The notes: generated by a model not told the origin, from the sequence alone. Counted from the first letter of the whole stretch, positions 38,201 through 49,372 are shown. The stretch: 63,450 bases of DNA, filler included, from Reclinomonas americana ATCC 50394 (GCA_048213135.1; 10 parts of 10 records of this genome joined end to end with filler, not necessarily neighbours in it), one strand, 5' to 3'. A program made the numbers and translations.

Positions 38201-39040
38201 CCTCGCCCTCTCGATGTTTCTGCCTCGCTCCCTCTCTTGGTGTCTCACACTCACTCCTGGTACAATTACTCAATGCGTGTGTGTTCTCCGACGCTGAGAT
38301 CTTTCAGTTTCTCCTCGTCATTCTTTCCGTCTCTCGTGTCTTGTGCTTTTGCTGGCGCTGTGACTGTGCATCGTTCCCTTCTCTCGCTCTCTCACCCTCA
38401 TGCTCGATTATTCAAGCGTTTCTTACTGCCGCGTCTCGAGTATGTCCGCCTTTTGCACTCCTCGCTCCCTCTCTCTCTCGCTGTCTTTATCCTACTTTCG
38501 CTCTGTTCTCTTTGCCTGCTTCGTCTCTCCTTTTCTGCAACCTTCTGCTCCGTTCACCCTTCACTCGTCTCCTTCCCTCACATCATGCTTTCCCTTCTTA
38601 AGATGGCCACCATGCGCCGCGAGCTCGACACCCTCGAGCGCGCACAACGACAAGTCGACAACGAGGCCGCCACCAAGGACGTGCGCCTCACTCGCGCCAT
38701 GGAGGAGGTCGAGAGATGTAAGCAGCAGGCGCGAAAGGCCAAGGAGGAGGTCTGACCACCCTTTTAATCCTGCCTCTCTCTTTGCCCCTTCATCCTCACC
38801 CCTCCTTTCACAATGCAGGCACAAGAGCAAGCCATTCAATTCCGCAAGCAAAAGGAGCGCATGCAGTCGGAGATCACCCGCCTGCAACGCCAAAAGCAGG
38901 AGCTCACCTCGGCTTTCGGCAAGCAGCTCAAGCTCATCGACATTCTCAAGCGGCAGAAGATTCACGTGGAGGCCGCGCGACTGCTGTCGTTTACCGAGGA
39001 GGAGTATGCGGCGACGCTGGATTTGGGGAGCAAGTTGTGA
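33704..39040 (+). CDS. TEX9: Testis-expressed protein 9 homolog (coiled-coil, basal body/cilia-associated)
   Basis: Exons include 33704-33776, 34334-34440 (LLAREEELRRLNDEIE), about 35874-35959, about 36560-37098, 38603-38749 (DVRLTRAMEEVERCK) and 38819-39040 (QKQELTSAFGKQLKLIDILKRQKIHVEAARLLSFTEEEY, the conserved TEX9 C-terminus). Spans one gap. Confidence 0.88.
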
Positions 39041-40044
39041 GCGGGTGAAGTGAAGGTACACAAGCTTTGCAGCTCGAACTTGACAGGTTTTTTCTGTGCA
39101 CCGGGCAACTCGCTCTCTCTCTCTCTCTCNNNNNNNNNNNNNNNNNNNNNNNNNNNNNNNNNNNNNNNNNNNNTTAATTAATTAANNNNNNNNNNNNNNN
39201 NNNNNNNNNNNNNNNNNNNNNNNNNNNNNGAGGGAGGGAGAGGGTATGTGCGTGAAGAGTGTGTGTGAGAGAGAGAGAGACAGAGTCACGAAGAGTGTGA
39301 GTGAGTGAGAGTGTTACGACGAATGGACAAGAGAGAACGAGCGCTGCACTTGCAGCAACGCTCATGCGCACCCACCAAGGGCCACGTCTGCTGCTTGTCT
39401 GGCTTCTCTCGTTCTCGCCACGCTGGTGACCGAGGTGCTGATGTCAAGGGTTGAACCAAACTGCTGCTCCAGTCTCCGGAGCACGCTGCTTGCTGTCAGC
39501 AGCCGCTGCTGTTCACCTCGTGACGAGAGTAAACAAACTCCTGCCTTCTTCAAATGCGCATGCTCTACATGGTGACACTGCGGAGGAGGCAGTCATTTCT
39601 CCTTTGTCACTGGCATCCGCTATCGACACTGCGAAGGGGGCGCCCTGAGTGTGGCAAGCGCAGGAGCTTGCACGCACAGCCAACAACTGGTTCGCAGAGA
39701 CACTCGCAAGTGAGAAGGACGCAATGTGCGCTGTGTGTGCGCGTCTCACACTCCGCAGCATGCGGTGCACGCCTGTGAGAGTCTGTCTGCATGAGTGAGG
39801 CGGTGGGCGAGTGTGGTGGTGGGGTGCGGGGCACTTTGGTGGTGTGTGAGCGACATGGCTGGTATGCACAAGTGAGGGCGGGAAAAAAGTGGCCAAAGTG
39901 AAGCGGATGTTGCAGGAAGCCGCAAAACGCCACAAAGTCCTTCACTGACGCCGGGTTTGGCGCAACCCGCAGGCTGTCAGCCGCCGGGTTGTAACCCGGC
40001 GAACCGGACACTAGCAGGTCAAGGTTGACCAAAAACCACCTGCG

Positions 40045-40380
40045 TGGCCACCACACTGTTGGCGAAGTGGTTTCCCGCATAGGACACCTTTGTTTTCTCT
40101 CTTGTTGCACTCTTGCTCTCTCGCCTCTTTACTAATCTACTGACCGCAATACACGTGCCTCCAACTGCACAGCTTAACTCTTCAGACACCACTCGGACCA
40201 GCGCAGCGAAGTCGTTCCCGAGCAGGACAACTTGTTCTCTCCATCCCTCCTTGCATCTGATCTTGCATCTCTCAAGCATCCCAACTTTCCTCAAGTACTA
40301 GAGTCACAAGCTGCGCACTTGTGTGACCACCACACCGTCGGCGAAGTCGTTCCCGCACAGGACATTTTTCTTCTCTCTCT
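40045..40380 (+). promoter_or_regulatory. Repeated upstream motif of the WD40-only genes (3 copies here, 1 at about 48027-48095)
   Basis: ggcgaagt(c/g)gtt(t)cccg..(c/t)aggaca..t..ttctctc at about 40081, 40207, 40340 and 48055. Confidence 0.55.
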
Positions 40381-40622
40381 TTGCCCACCCTTCTCTCTCC
40401 CTTGCTCTCTTCTCTCCTTCCATTGCTCACTCCTTCCCTCCTTCCCTCTCTCCTCTCTCTCTTCTCTCTCTCCTCTCTCTTTGCCCACTGTTCTCTATCC
40501 CTTTGCGCTGCCTTCTCTCCTTCCATTACTCACCTTTTCTCTCATCCCTTCCCTCTCTCCCTTTCCCCTCCCATCCCTCCTTCCTTCTTCTCTCACTTCT
40601 CCTCTCCCTTTCCCTCTTCCCC

Positions 40623-41738
40623 ATGACCTCCTTCCCCAAACTCCACGGCCACAAACTCCACGGCCACATCCGTCCCGTCACCTCCGTCCTCATCACCCCC
40701 GACGGCCTCCACATCATCAGCTCCAGCACCTCCGACATCTCCATCCGCATCTGGTCACTGGCCACCGGCGAACCACTGCACCACCTCACTCACCCCTCCA
40801 TGCACGACCTTGTCTGCATCGCCGTCACCCCCGACAGTCGACACATTGTCAGCGCAGGCTACCAGACACTGCGAGTGTGGTCAGTGGCCACGGGAGAGCA
40901 TCTGCACGAGGCACACATGGGACGCATGGGAGTACAATGTATGGTGGTGGCTCCCGACGGACAGCATGTGGTGCTGGGAGGACTGGGATCGGCGCATGTG
41001 TGGTCACTGCAGCAGGTGGCCACGACAGTGGAGCGCGTGGCGAGTTACACGGGAGTGGCTCACCGCGTGGTCATCACTCCCGACAGCAAGTACGTGCTCA
41101 CTGGCGGCTTGGACTGCCCATCGGTGACTGCGTGGCAGCTGCGCAGTGGGTGCGTGGTGCGATATTACGCGGCGCATAGTGGCGTGTCGTGCTTGACGGT
41201 GACGCCCGACGGGAGGCACGTGATTGTCGGGTGTCGCGACAAGACGATCCGGGTGTGCGAGTTGGAGAGTGGGCGCGAGGTGCGACGGTTGGAGAAGCAC
41301 GCGCAGATGCAGCTGCTGTTGAGTGTGGTGGTGGCGCCCAGTGGTCTGCATGTGGTTGGCGGCAGTGATGATGGGGTCGTGTCGGTGTGGTCGCTGGCCA
41401 GCGGCAAGGAGCTGCGGCGGTGGAAGGGACTCGGCTACTTTCACCCGGCGTCGGTAGCGGTCGCGCCCGGCGGCCAGTACGTGGTGTGCGCGGGGCGACA
41501 GGAGTCGGTGGAGGTGTTGTCGACGCCTCTCGCGTTGGCGCAAGGGGAGTTGCGGTGGGCGACCGCGGCGGTGCGGGCGGTGCGGGAGGAAGTAGACAAG
41601 GAGAAGGAGGAGATGGAGGAGGAGGTGAAGGAGGAGGAGGAGAGGCGGTGCTTGGTGGAGATTGTGTTAAGGTGTTTTATCGCGGAAGAGGCGCAGTTGG
41701 TGGCGCACAAGTGTGTGAGGGAGCAGATGATGTTGTAG
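40623..41738 (+). CDS. WD40-only partner A (about 7 WD repeats + acidic helical C-terminal tail), intronless, 371 aa
   Basis: MTSFPKLHGHKLHGHIRPVTSVLITPDG..., seven TPDG/WS-type repeats, tail ELRWATAAVRAV..EEERRCLVEIVLRCFIAEEAQLVAHKCVREQMML*. Confidence 0.85.
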   Translation: MTSFPKLHGHKLHGHIRPVTSVLITPDGLHIISSSTSDISIRIWSLATGEPLHHLTHPSMHDLVCIAVTPDSRHIVSAGYQTLRVWSVATGEHLHEAHMGRMGVQCMVVAPDGQHVVLGGLGSAHVWSLQQVATTVERVASYTGVAHRVVITPDSKYVLTGGLDCPSVTAWQLRSGCVVRYYAAHSGVSCLTVTPDGRHVIVGCRDKTIRVCELESGREVRRLEKHAQMQLLLSVVVAPSGLHVVGGSDDGVVSVWSLASGKELRRWKGLGYFHPASVAVAPGGQYVVCAGRQESVEVLSTPLALAQGELRWATAAVRAVREEVDKEKEEMEEEVKEEEERRCLVEIVLRCFIAEEAQLVAHKCVREQMML

Positions 41739-42285
41739 GGGATCCGGAGGGAAAGGTGGGGAAAGGGAGAAGATTGGCATTGCCCCCTGAAAGGGAAGAT
41801 GACTGTTTGGAGAAGATTATGTATGTTTTTTGTTTGTTGTTGGTGTGCCAAGGTCATTGTCGGCAAGGGATTTGTTGGCGTTTATCGCATTATTGGAATG
41901 TGGAATAGATGTGGAGCAGGGCCCGGGTTTGTATCTAAGAGGCGAGAGGGAGAAAGCAAATAAATCGTCGTCAAACAAATAATGGTGAGGGAGTGGGAGA
42001 TGAAGACAACCTCATATGATGAGGAGGGGCTTTGCAGAGGGACGGCAGGAGGAAAAGGAACTGATCATGAAGAGGCCGAACGCGTTTCTCTTGGACTTGC
42101 ATTGAATGCAGATGATCGCACGTGAAGTTGTACGAGGGTATGACACTCCTGTACATGCTCCCCTCATCCCGACTTGGTTGGGCTTGCAAGGATTGCTGTC
42201 AGAAGAAACCCACCAGCTTTGCGACAACTTCATTGACAGGAATTTGTGAGAAACGCAACTGAGAACACAACGCGCCACAAGCGCA

Positions 42286-45200
42286 ATGTCGGTGTGTTTC
42301 TTTGTGCATTCTCTCTTCCCTCATCCTCTGCGCGTGTGCTCACTTTGTTTGTGCGACAGTTCTCTGTGAGCGTGAGTGCGGCGCACGATTCGTCGCTCTC
42401 GGTGGTGGTGGAGGGCATGTCGGCCATATCCACTCTCGCGGATTTGCTGCGCGAGGCCACACGCTTGTTGCGTGAGAAGAGTGGAGATGGTGAGATGGAG
42501 ATTGTGGGAGTGGAGAAGCCAGTGCCATTCGACTTGGAAGACGTGGGAGAGCTGAAGTTGAAATCACTGGGCATCAACTCATCCACTCACCTCATCGTCC
42601 GTCTGACACTTGGCGTGGCGGTGCAGGCGAGTGGAGCAAGTGGGAGTGGGAGTGGAAGGTGTGTGTCTCTGTGTATGTGAATCATTTCTCCGCAACATGC
42701 AGCTCATTCTCTTCGCTCAGCAACTCGGAGCGAGAGACTCGGTTTATGTTTGTTGCTTTTGTCATCCTGCTCTCTCCCTTTGCTTGTTCTTCATTTTGGG
42801 TGAGTCTGTGCTGACCGGCCGCGGTTGTGTGCGCGCAGCATGGTCAACTCGCATCGGATCAACATGGCCTTCGAGGTGGTGGAGGAGGCCGTGCGTCTGC
42901 GCTGTCCACGCGCACTGGCGCAGTTCAGTCGCGATCATCCCGACTTTGATGTACGGGCGTGGGTTCCGGCATTCACGCCTGCTGGCATGGATGCGACGGC
43001 AGTGAAGGCGTGGCGTGAGCGACATGCTCCACTCCACCCCTCTCGAGTCAAGTTGTTCGGGGAGAAACATCCGTTGGTGTTGGCATGGCGTGTTGCATTC
43101 GACGTTGATCCATCGTCCCACCCTCCGTGTGACGGTTTCGACACGACAGCACTCGCCTCCATCATGATGTATGGTGGCTTTGTCGAGGATGACGGTCGCA
43201 AGCTGTTGCTGATCGACGATGCTGATGAACGCAAGGCTGTGGAGGAGCTGAATGATGTGAGAAAGGCGTTGGCGCACAAGGACCTCGTGCTGACGGATGC
43301 CGCTGTGCAGCAGTACCTTGGTGACGGTGGTGTCTTCTTCTCCATCCTCTCTCGACTGCAGTTGACGGTCGATGAGCGAGCTCGATTCACTGCTCGAATC
43401 TGTGATGCGCGTCATGTCCAGCACATCATCAGCACGTTCGAGGAGCGACTGCATCGACTGGCTGTGCGTGAGCTCTCGTTCTACCAGCACGACGAGAGCG
43501 TGCGCAAAGACATGCAGATGTACGTACCACTTCTGTGCTCTCGTGAGCGTGACATCTCGTCGAGTGACAAGATGACGAATCTGCTGACGGAGGTGGATGC
43601 TTTCCTCTCCGACACCAGCACCACCCATCGTGTGCTGGTGCTGTTTGGCAACAGTGGTGCCGGCAAGACCACTACCATGTCGATGCTGGCTGAGCGAGCA
43701 TGGCGACAGTGGCAAACGAGAGAAAGCAGACGAGTGCCTGTGCGTGTGCCTCTTGGTGCTCTGCGCAATGCCGATGAGCGGTTGTTGGAGGAGGCACTGG
43801 AACGACTGTCACCCGAGTTGGGATTGGAGTCGGATGTGCGACGATTGAGAGAGGAACCTCTGCTGTTCTTGCTTGACGGGTACGACGAGCTGTACCGTGG
43901 TGTGAATCTGTTTGTCATGAACCAGCTGGATGTGTGTCGTGATGTTAAGGTGATTATCACCTGTCGAGGCGATTACGCACTGACGGCGATGGGTGGAGTG
44001 ACACAGTATCGACGGTATTTTGCGCCGGTGGATGCACGAGGGCAGCTGTGCATGCAGCAGCTGATGGAGCGACACATTGCACCGTTCAGCAATGAGCAGA
44101 TTGAGGAGTACTTTGAGCGATTGGTGCGAGTGGGTGGTGATAATGGTGACGGTGAAGTGCGATGGTCGACTGCCGAGGAGTACATTCGTGCACTGAACAG
44201 CGTTCGTGGACTGGATGCACTGGTGTCGAATCCGTTCCTGCTGACAGTGGTGGCTCGTGTGTTGCCGCAATTGGTGGCGAGTGGTGTGCAGCGACCGACT
44301 CGACGTGATGTATTTGACCGATTCATTCGACAGTGGATTGTGAGGGAGCAGGAGAGGCAGACGCGTCTCGGTGCTGAGCGTTTGCCGAGTGAGGAGACGT
44401 GTCTCTCGTTCTGCGAGGGACTGGCACGGTTGATGCATGCGAGGAATGTGGTTCGTGTGGCTGTGACGGAGAGTCGGTCAAGTGAGGATGACTTTGGTGG
44501 TGCGCCGCTTGCCTTGCGAATAGTGGATGAGGGACCTTTTGACAAGTTCCTTGGCCAAAAGAACCGACACGTGCGAGTGTGCTGTCCGATTGTGCGACGG
44601 TATGGGACGACGCAGTGGGGATTCGTGCATCTGTCGTTGTTGGAGCACTGTGTGGCACGGCATGTATTTGCGTGGGAGACATGGGATGAGGAGAGGAGGT
44701 TGACGGTGCAGGATGTGCAGCAGCATGTGTTGGCTGTGCGACTGCTGAACGACAGACCATCGTTGGTGGAGCAGATGGCGGAGGTGGTGCGACGATCTCC
44801 CACATTGCAAGCGAGACTGTGGGAGGTGATTTCGTTGTCACGGGAGGAGGACGAGGAGCGATTGGTGACCGCGGCAGCGAATGCAGCCACGGTGCTATGT
44901 GTGGCCCAAGTGTCGTTCAGTGGGCGAGATCTGTCGGGTGTGCGAGTGAGGGGTGCGGATTTGAGGGATGCGGTGATGCACCGGACGGTGTGGAGGGGGG
45001 CGGATTTGCGAGGGGTGAATGTGTGCATGGCGTATGCGAGGGAGGCGGATTTCAGAAAGGCGGATGTGACGGGTGTGAAGTGGCCGAGGAAACCGATGGT
45101 GGGGCACGCGAGAGAGGTGACGTGTGTTGCTTTCACACCCGATGGTCAGTACGTTGTGAGTGGCAGTTCGGACGAGACTGTACGAGTGTGGTCGGTGGCA

Positions 45201-47135
45201 AGTGGCGCGGAGGTGCGCCGACTGGAAGGCCACACGAGTGCGGTATCTGCAGTGGCAGTGACACCCGATGGCCAGCACATTGTGAGCGGCGGGGGAGACA
45301 AGACTGTACGGGTGTGGTCGGTGGCAAGTGGCGAGGAGGTGCGCCGACTGGCAGGCCACACGGATTGGGTGCGGGCAGTGGCAGTTACACCCGACGGTCA
45401 GTACATCGTGAGTGGCAGTGATGACGAGACTGTGCGGGTGTGGTCACTGGCAAGTGGCGAGGAGGTGCGCCGACTGGAAGGCCACACGGAGTGGGTGCGT
45501 GCAGTGGCATTTACACCCGATGGCCAGCACATTGTGAGTGGCAGTAGGGACAAGACTGTACGGGTGTGGTCGGTGGCAAGTGGAGAGGAGGTGCGCCGAC
45601 TGGAAGGTCACACGGATGAAATCCGTGCATTGGCATTTACACCCGCTGGCCAGCACATTGTGAGTGGCAGTTGGGACAAGACTGTGCGAGTGTGGTCAAT
45701 GGCGAGCGGAGATGAAGTGCGGCGGTTGGAGGGACACACTGGTGCAGTGCTCTCTGTCGCCGTCACTCCTGATGGGCAGCACGTCGTCAGCGGGATTGGC
45801 GACTCGACTGCGCGAGTTTGGTCACTGGCGAGTGGCGAAGAGATGCGACGGTTGGAGGGACACACTGGTGATCTGCGTTCAATCAAGATTACTCCTGATG
45901 GTCAGTACGTCGTGAGTGGGGGTGAAGATATGACGGGTCGAATGTGGCCTGTGATTGGTGATGAAGATGTACGACGGTTGGGTGGGCACACCGGAGTGGT
46001 GCATTCAATTGTGCTCACTCACGACTGTCAGCATGTTGTGAGTGCCGGTGATGACGGCACGGTGAGGATGTGGTCTGTGTCAACAGGCGAGGAATTGTGG
46101 AAGGTGGCAGGACAGTTCTCCGCATTTGCTGTTTCTCCAGATGGTCAATTCGCGGTGAGTGGGGGTGAGAATGGGTCTATTCTGATGTGGTCTTTGGATC
46201 GTGGAGAAGAAGTGCGACGATTTGAGGGGCACAATGATCGTGTAACGTGTGTTGCCGTCAGTCCCGGTGGTCAGTACATTGTCAGCGGATGTTGGGACAA
46301 GACTGTACGTGTGTGGTTACTGGCGGGTGGAGATGAGTTGCGGCAGCTGCGGGGACACACTGAATGGGTGAGCTCTGTCGTCGTCACCCCCGATAGTCAG
46401 CACATTGTGAGCGGAGGTGGAGATAATACAGTTCGAGTGTGGTTACTGGCGAGTGGAGAAGAAGTGAGGCGGCTGCGGGGACACATTTTGTGGGTGAACT
46501 GTGTCGTCGTCACTCCTGATGGTCAACACATCGTCAGCGGGAGTTATGACAAGACAGTGCGAGTGTGGTCACTGGCCAGCGGCGAGGAGATGCACCGACT
46601 GGAGGGACACACTGCATGGGTGAACTCCGTCGTCGTCACTCCTAATGGTCAGCACATCGTAAGTGGGAGCTTTGACAAGACAGTGCGAGTGTGGTCACTG
46701 ACGAGTGGAGAGGAACTGCTTCGGCTGGAGAGACACTCTGGTGGGGTGCGGTGTGTCGTCATCACTCCCGATGGCCAGTACATCGTGAGTGGCAGTGGTC
46801 ACGGAGAAGTACGGGTGTGGTCTCTGGCGGATGGAGAGGAAGTGCCTCTTGATAAGCAGGCGGACCTCGTGGACCATTCGGCGGATCATGTGGCTTACCT
46901 TCGCTGCTTGGCGTTCGGTTCTGCGTACACTGCCCGTGTGTTTGGTAGGTCGATCCAACTGATGCGTCGAAACACTCACGGGCTTGTGGAACGTATTCTC
47001 GGCACCGTCTTGTCAGATTTCACTAACGCGCTTGGTGCTTTGAGTGGCGTCGGCCTTGAAGAGGTGACCGACGGGGTGGACGGGGGCGACGGAGAGGATG
47101 AGGAGGACGAAAGAGTCTCAGTTCGATACCGATGA
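42286..47135 (+). CDS. NLR4: Ubl-HEPN-NACHT-pentapeptide-WD40x14, intact
   Basis: Exons 42286-42291 (MS), 42360-42658 and 42839-47135; introns are GT-AG with a ctgac branch point at about 42811. HEPN RKALAH at 43260-43277; Walker A and B are intact. Confidence 0.9.
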
Positions 47136-48253
47136 TTGGAGCTCTGCTGGCGATGAAGACGACGACGCGAGCTTAGAGGAGATCATCATGCAGCTGTTCG
47201 CGGTTTGGAGTGAACTTCTCAATACTTGTTGGCATCAGTAATCCCCAGATGCACTGCAGTTGCCTTGCTTTGATGTGCAAAGTGGGCGCGGAGAAAGAGG
47301 TGCATTTGGGGAGGAATGAGGAGGAAAGGAGAGGAGAGAGAGAGAGAGAGAATACCCTGCTGCCTGCTGTTTTTGAATAGAGATGACAGGTGGCTGCGCC
47401 TGTCACTGGCTGCGCATGCGATGTGAAGTGCAACGGCGTCGATCGAGCTCGAGACGATTGTAGCAGCTCAACAGGAACGTCTGCATTACCGCTTCAAAGA
47501 CTTGCAATGTTTCTCTCGATACCATGGCCACTCACAGAAGCCCCGCACCGCACACAGGACATGTGGCCTCATTTGGCGACCTGCTTGGAGGATGAAGGCG
47601 ACGGTCAGCGACATATGCAACAGGGTGCAGTTGGCGACCTGCTCCTGATCAGTGACCAGCTTTTCAAGTGCGGTGTTGGTGGAATCCAGAGGACTGGAGA
47701 ATGCAGGCACTGTTGGTTGACTGAAGGGCGTCGACAGGGACATGTCAGTTGGTCACCAGCTCGACGACCAGTTCGTGCCACGGGCAGATTGGTCGCCGGC
47801 TTGTCGACCAATCGGGCAAGTAGCCATCGACCAAGACTTGTAATGCACGCAGACATCGCCGGCTACCACAGCTGAGCTCCTCAGAGACCGACACTCGCTG
47901 CGCAGTGGAAAAGAGAATCCGAAGTCACTACTTTTAAATTTGCAATTCTCTCATTGTGTTCCTCTTTCTCGCAGCGCTCTGGATCATTCCAACACCTCTC
48001 CTCATGTATTACAGCGACAAGCAGTACACCTGCGTGGCCACCACCGACACTGTCGGCGAAGTCGTTTCCCGCACAGGACATTTTTCTTCTCTCAGCTCGC
48101 CGGCACTCTCCTCTCTCTTTGCCCACTCTTCTCTCTCCCTTTGCTCTGCCTTCTCTCCTTCCATTGCTCACTCCTTCCCTCCTTCCCTCTCTCCTCTCTC
48201 TTCTCTCCCTTCCCCTTCACCCCCCTTCCCCTTCCCCCCACTTCCCCCCACCA

Positions 48254-49372
48254 ATGACCTCCTTCCCCAAACTCCACGGCCGCAAACTCCACGGCCACAC
48301 CCTCCCCGTCACCTCCGCCCTCATCACCCCCGACGGCCTCCACATCATCAGCTGCAGCGAGGACGACTCCATCCGCATCTGGTCACTGGCCACTGGCGAA
48401 CCACTGCGCCGACTCACTCACCCCTCCATGCACGACATTGCCTATGTCGCCGTCACCCCCGACAGTCAACGCATTATCATCACAGACTACTGCATGCTGC
48501 GAGTGTGGTCGCTGGCCACGGGGGAGCAGCTGAGCGAGACATACCGGCGACTGTTCTTTGCCGAGTGCATGACGATTTCTCCGTGCGGACTGTACGTGGT
48601 GATTGGAGGGGCGGCGTCGGCGCAAGTGTGGTCGCTGGAGAGTCTGTCGCTGGTGGCGACGCACTACCCGGAGGCGGAGAGTGTGGCCATCACTCCCGAC
48701 AGTGAGCTCGTGCTCACGGGCAGCACGCACCACAACAGAGTGGATCTGTGGTCGCTGCGCAGTGGACGCCACGTACGACAGTTCGCCGTGTATGTTGCTG
48801 TGGCGTGCTTGGCGGTGACGCCCGACGGTCGCTACTTTATTGCGGGGTGCTTTGACGCAACGATTTGTGTGTTTGACTTGGAGAGTGGGCGCGAGGTGCG
48901 ACTGTTGGAGAAGCACGCACACGTGCAATTCTTGATGACGGTGGCGGTGGCGCCCAGCGGTCCGCATGTGGTTGGCGGCAGCAGCGACGGTGTGGTGTCG
49001 GTGTGGTCGCTGGCCACTGGCAAGGAGCTGCGGCGGTGGAAATCGCTGGACCGTTTTCAGCCGACGTCGGTGGCGGTCGCGCCCGGCGGCCAGTACGTGG
49101 TGTGCGCGGGGCGGCAGAATACGGTGCAGGTGTTGTCGACGCCGCTAGCGTTGGCGCAGAGGGAGCTGTGGCGGGCGACCGCGGCCGTGCGGGCGGTGCA
49201 GGAGGTGTTGAGGAGGCGTGAGAGGAGAAGGGAGACGTCGATGGAGGGTGGGGAGGAGGAGGTGAAGGGGGAGGAGAGGCGGTGTTTGGTGGAGATTGTG
49301 TTGAGGTGCTTTATTGCGGAGGAGGCGCAGTTGGTGATGCACAAGTGTGTGAGGGAGGAGATGATGTTGTAG
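48254..49372 (+). CDS. WD40-only partner B, intronless, 372 aa
   Basis: Paralog of 40623-41738 (MTSFPKLHGRKLHGHTLPV...RCLVEIVLRCFIAEEAQLVMHKCVREEMML*). Confidence 0.85.
   Translation: MTSFPKLHGRKLHGHTLPVTSALITPDGLHIISCSEDDSIRIWSLATGEPLRRLTHPSMHDIAYVAVTPDSQRIIITDYCMLRVWSLATGEQLSETYRRLFFAECMTISPCGLYVVIGGAASAQVWSLESLSLVATHYPEAESVAITPDSELVLTGSTHHNRVDLWSLRSGRHVRQFAVYVAVACLAVTPDGRYFIAGCFDATICVFDLESGREVRLLEKHAHVQFLMTVAVAPSGPHVVGGSSDGVVSVWSLATGKELRRWKSLDRFQPTSVAVAPGGQYVVCAGRQNTVQVLSTPLALAQRELWRATAAVRAVQEVLRRRERRRETSMEGGEEEVKGEERRCLVEIVLRCFIAEEAQLVMHKCVREEMML

Noticed and set aside
39362..39860. Possible small spliced minus-strand gene
   Set aside because: Coding-like composition, but no consistent model or motif.
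43973..45136. Long antisense ORFs over the NLRs (e.g. 387 aa)
   Set aside because: Shadow ORFs caused by biased codon usage; no motifs and variable boundaries among copies.
47486..47875. Unique insert between NLR4 and partner B with short ORFs
   Set aside because: No recognisable domain, terminal repeats or paralog in the window.
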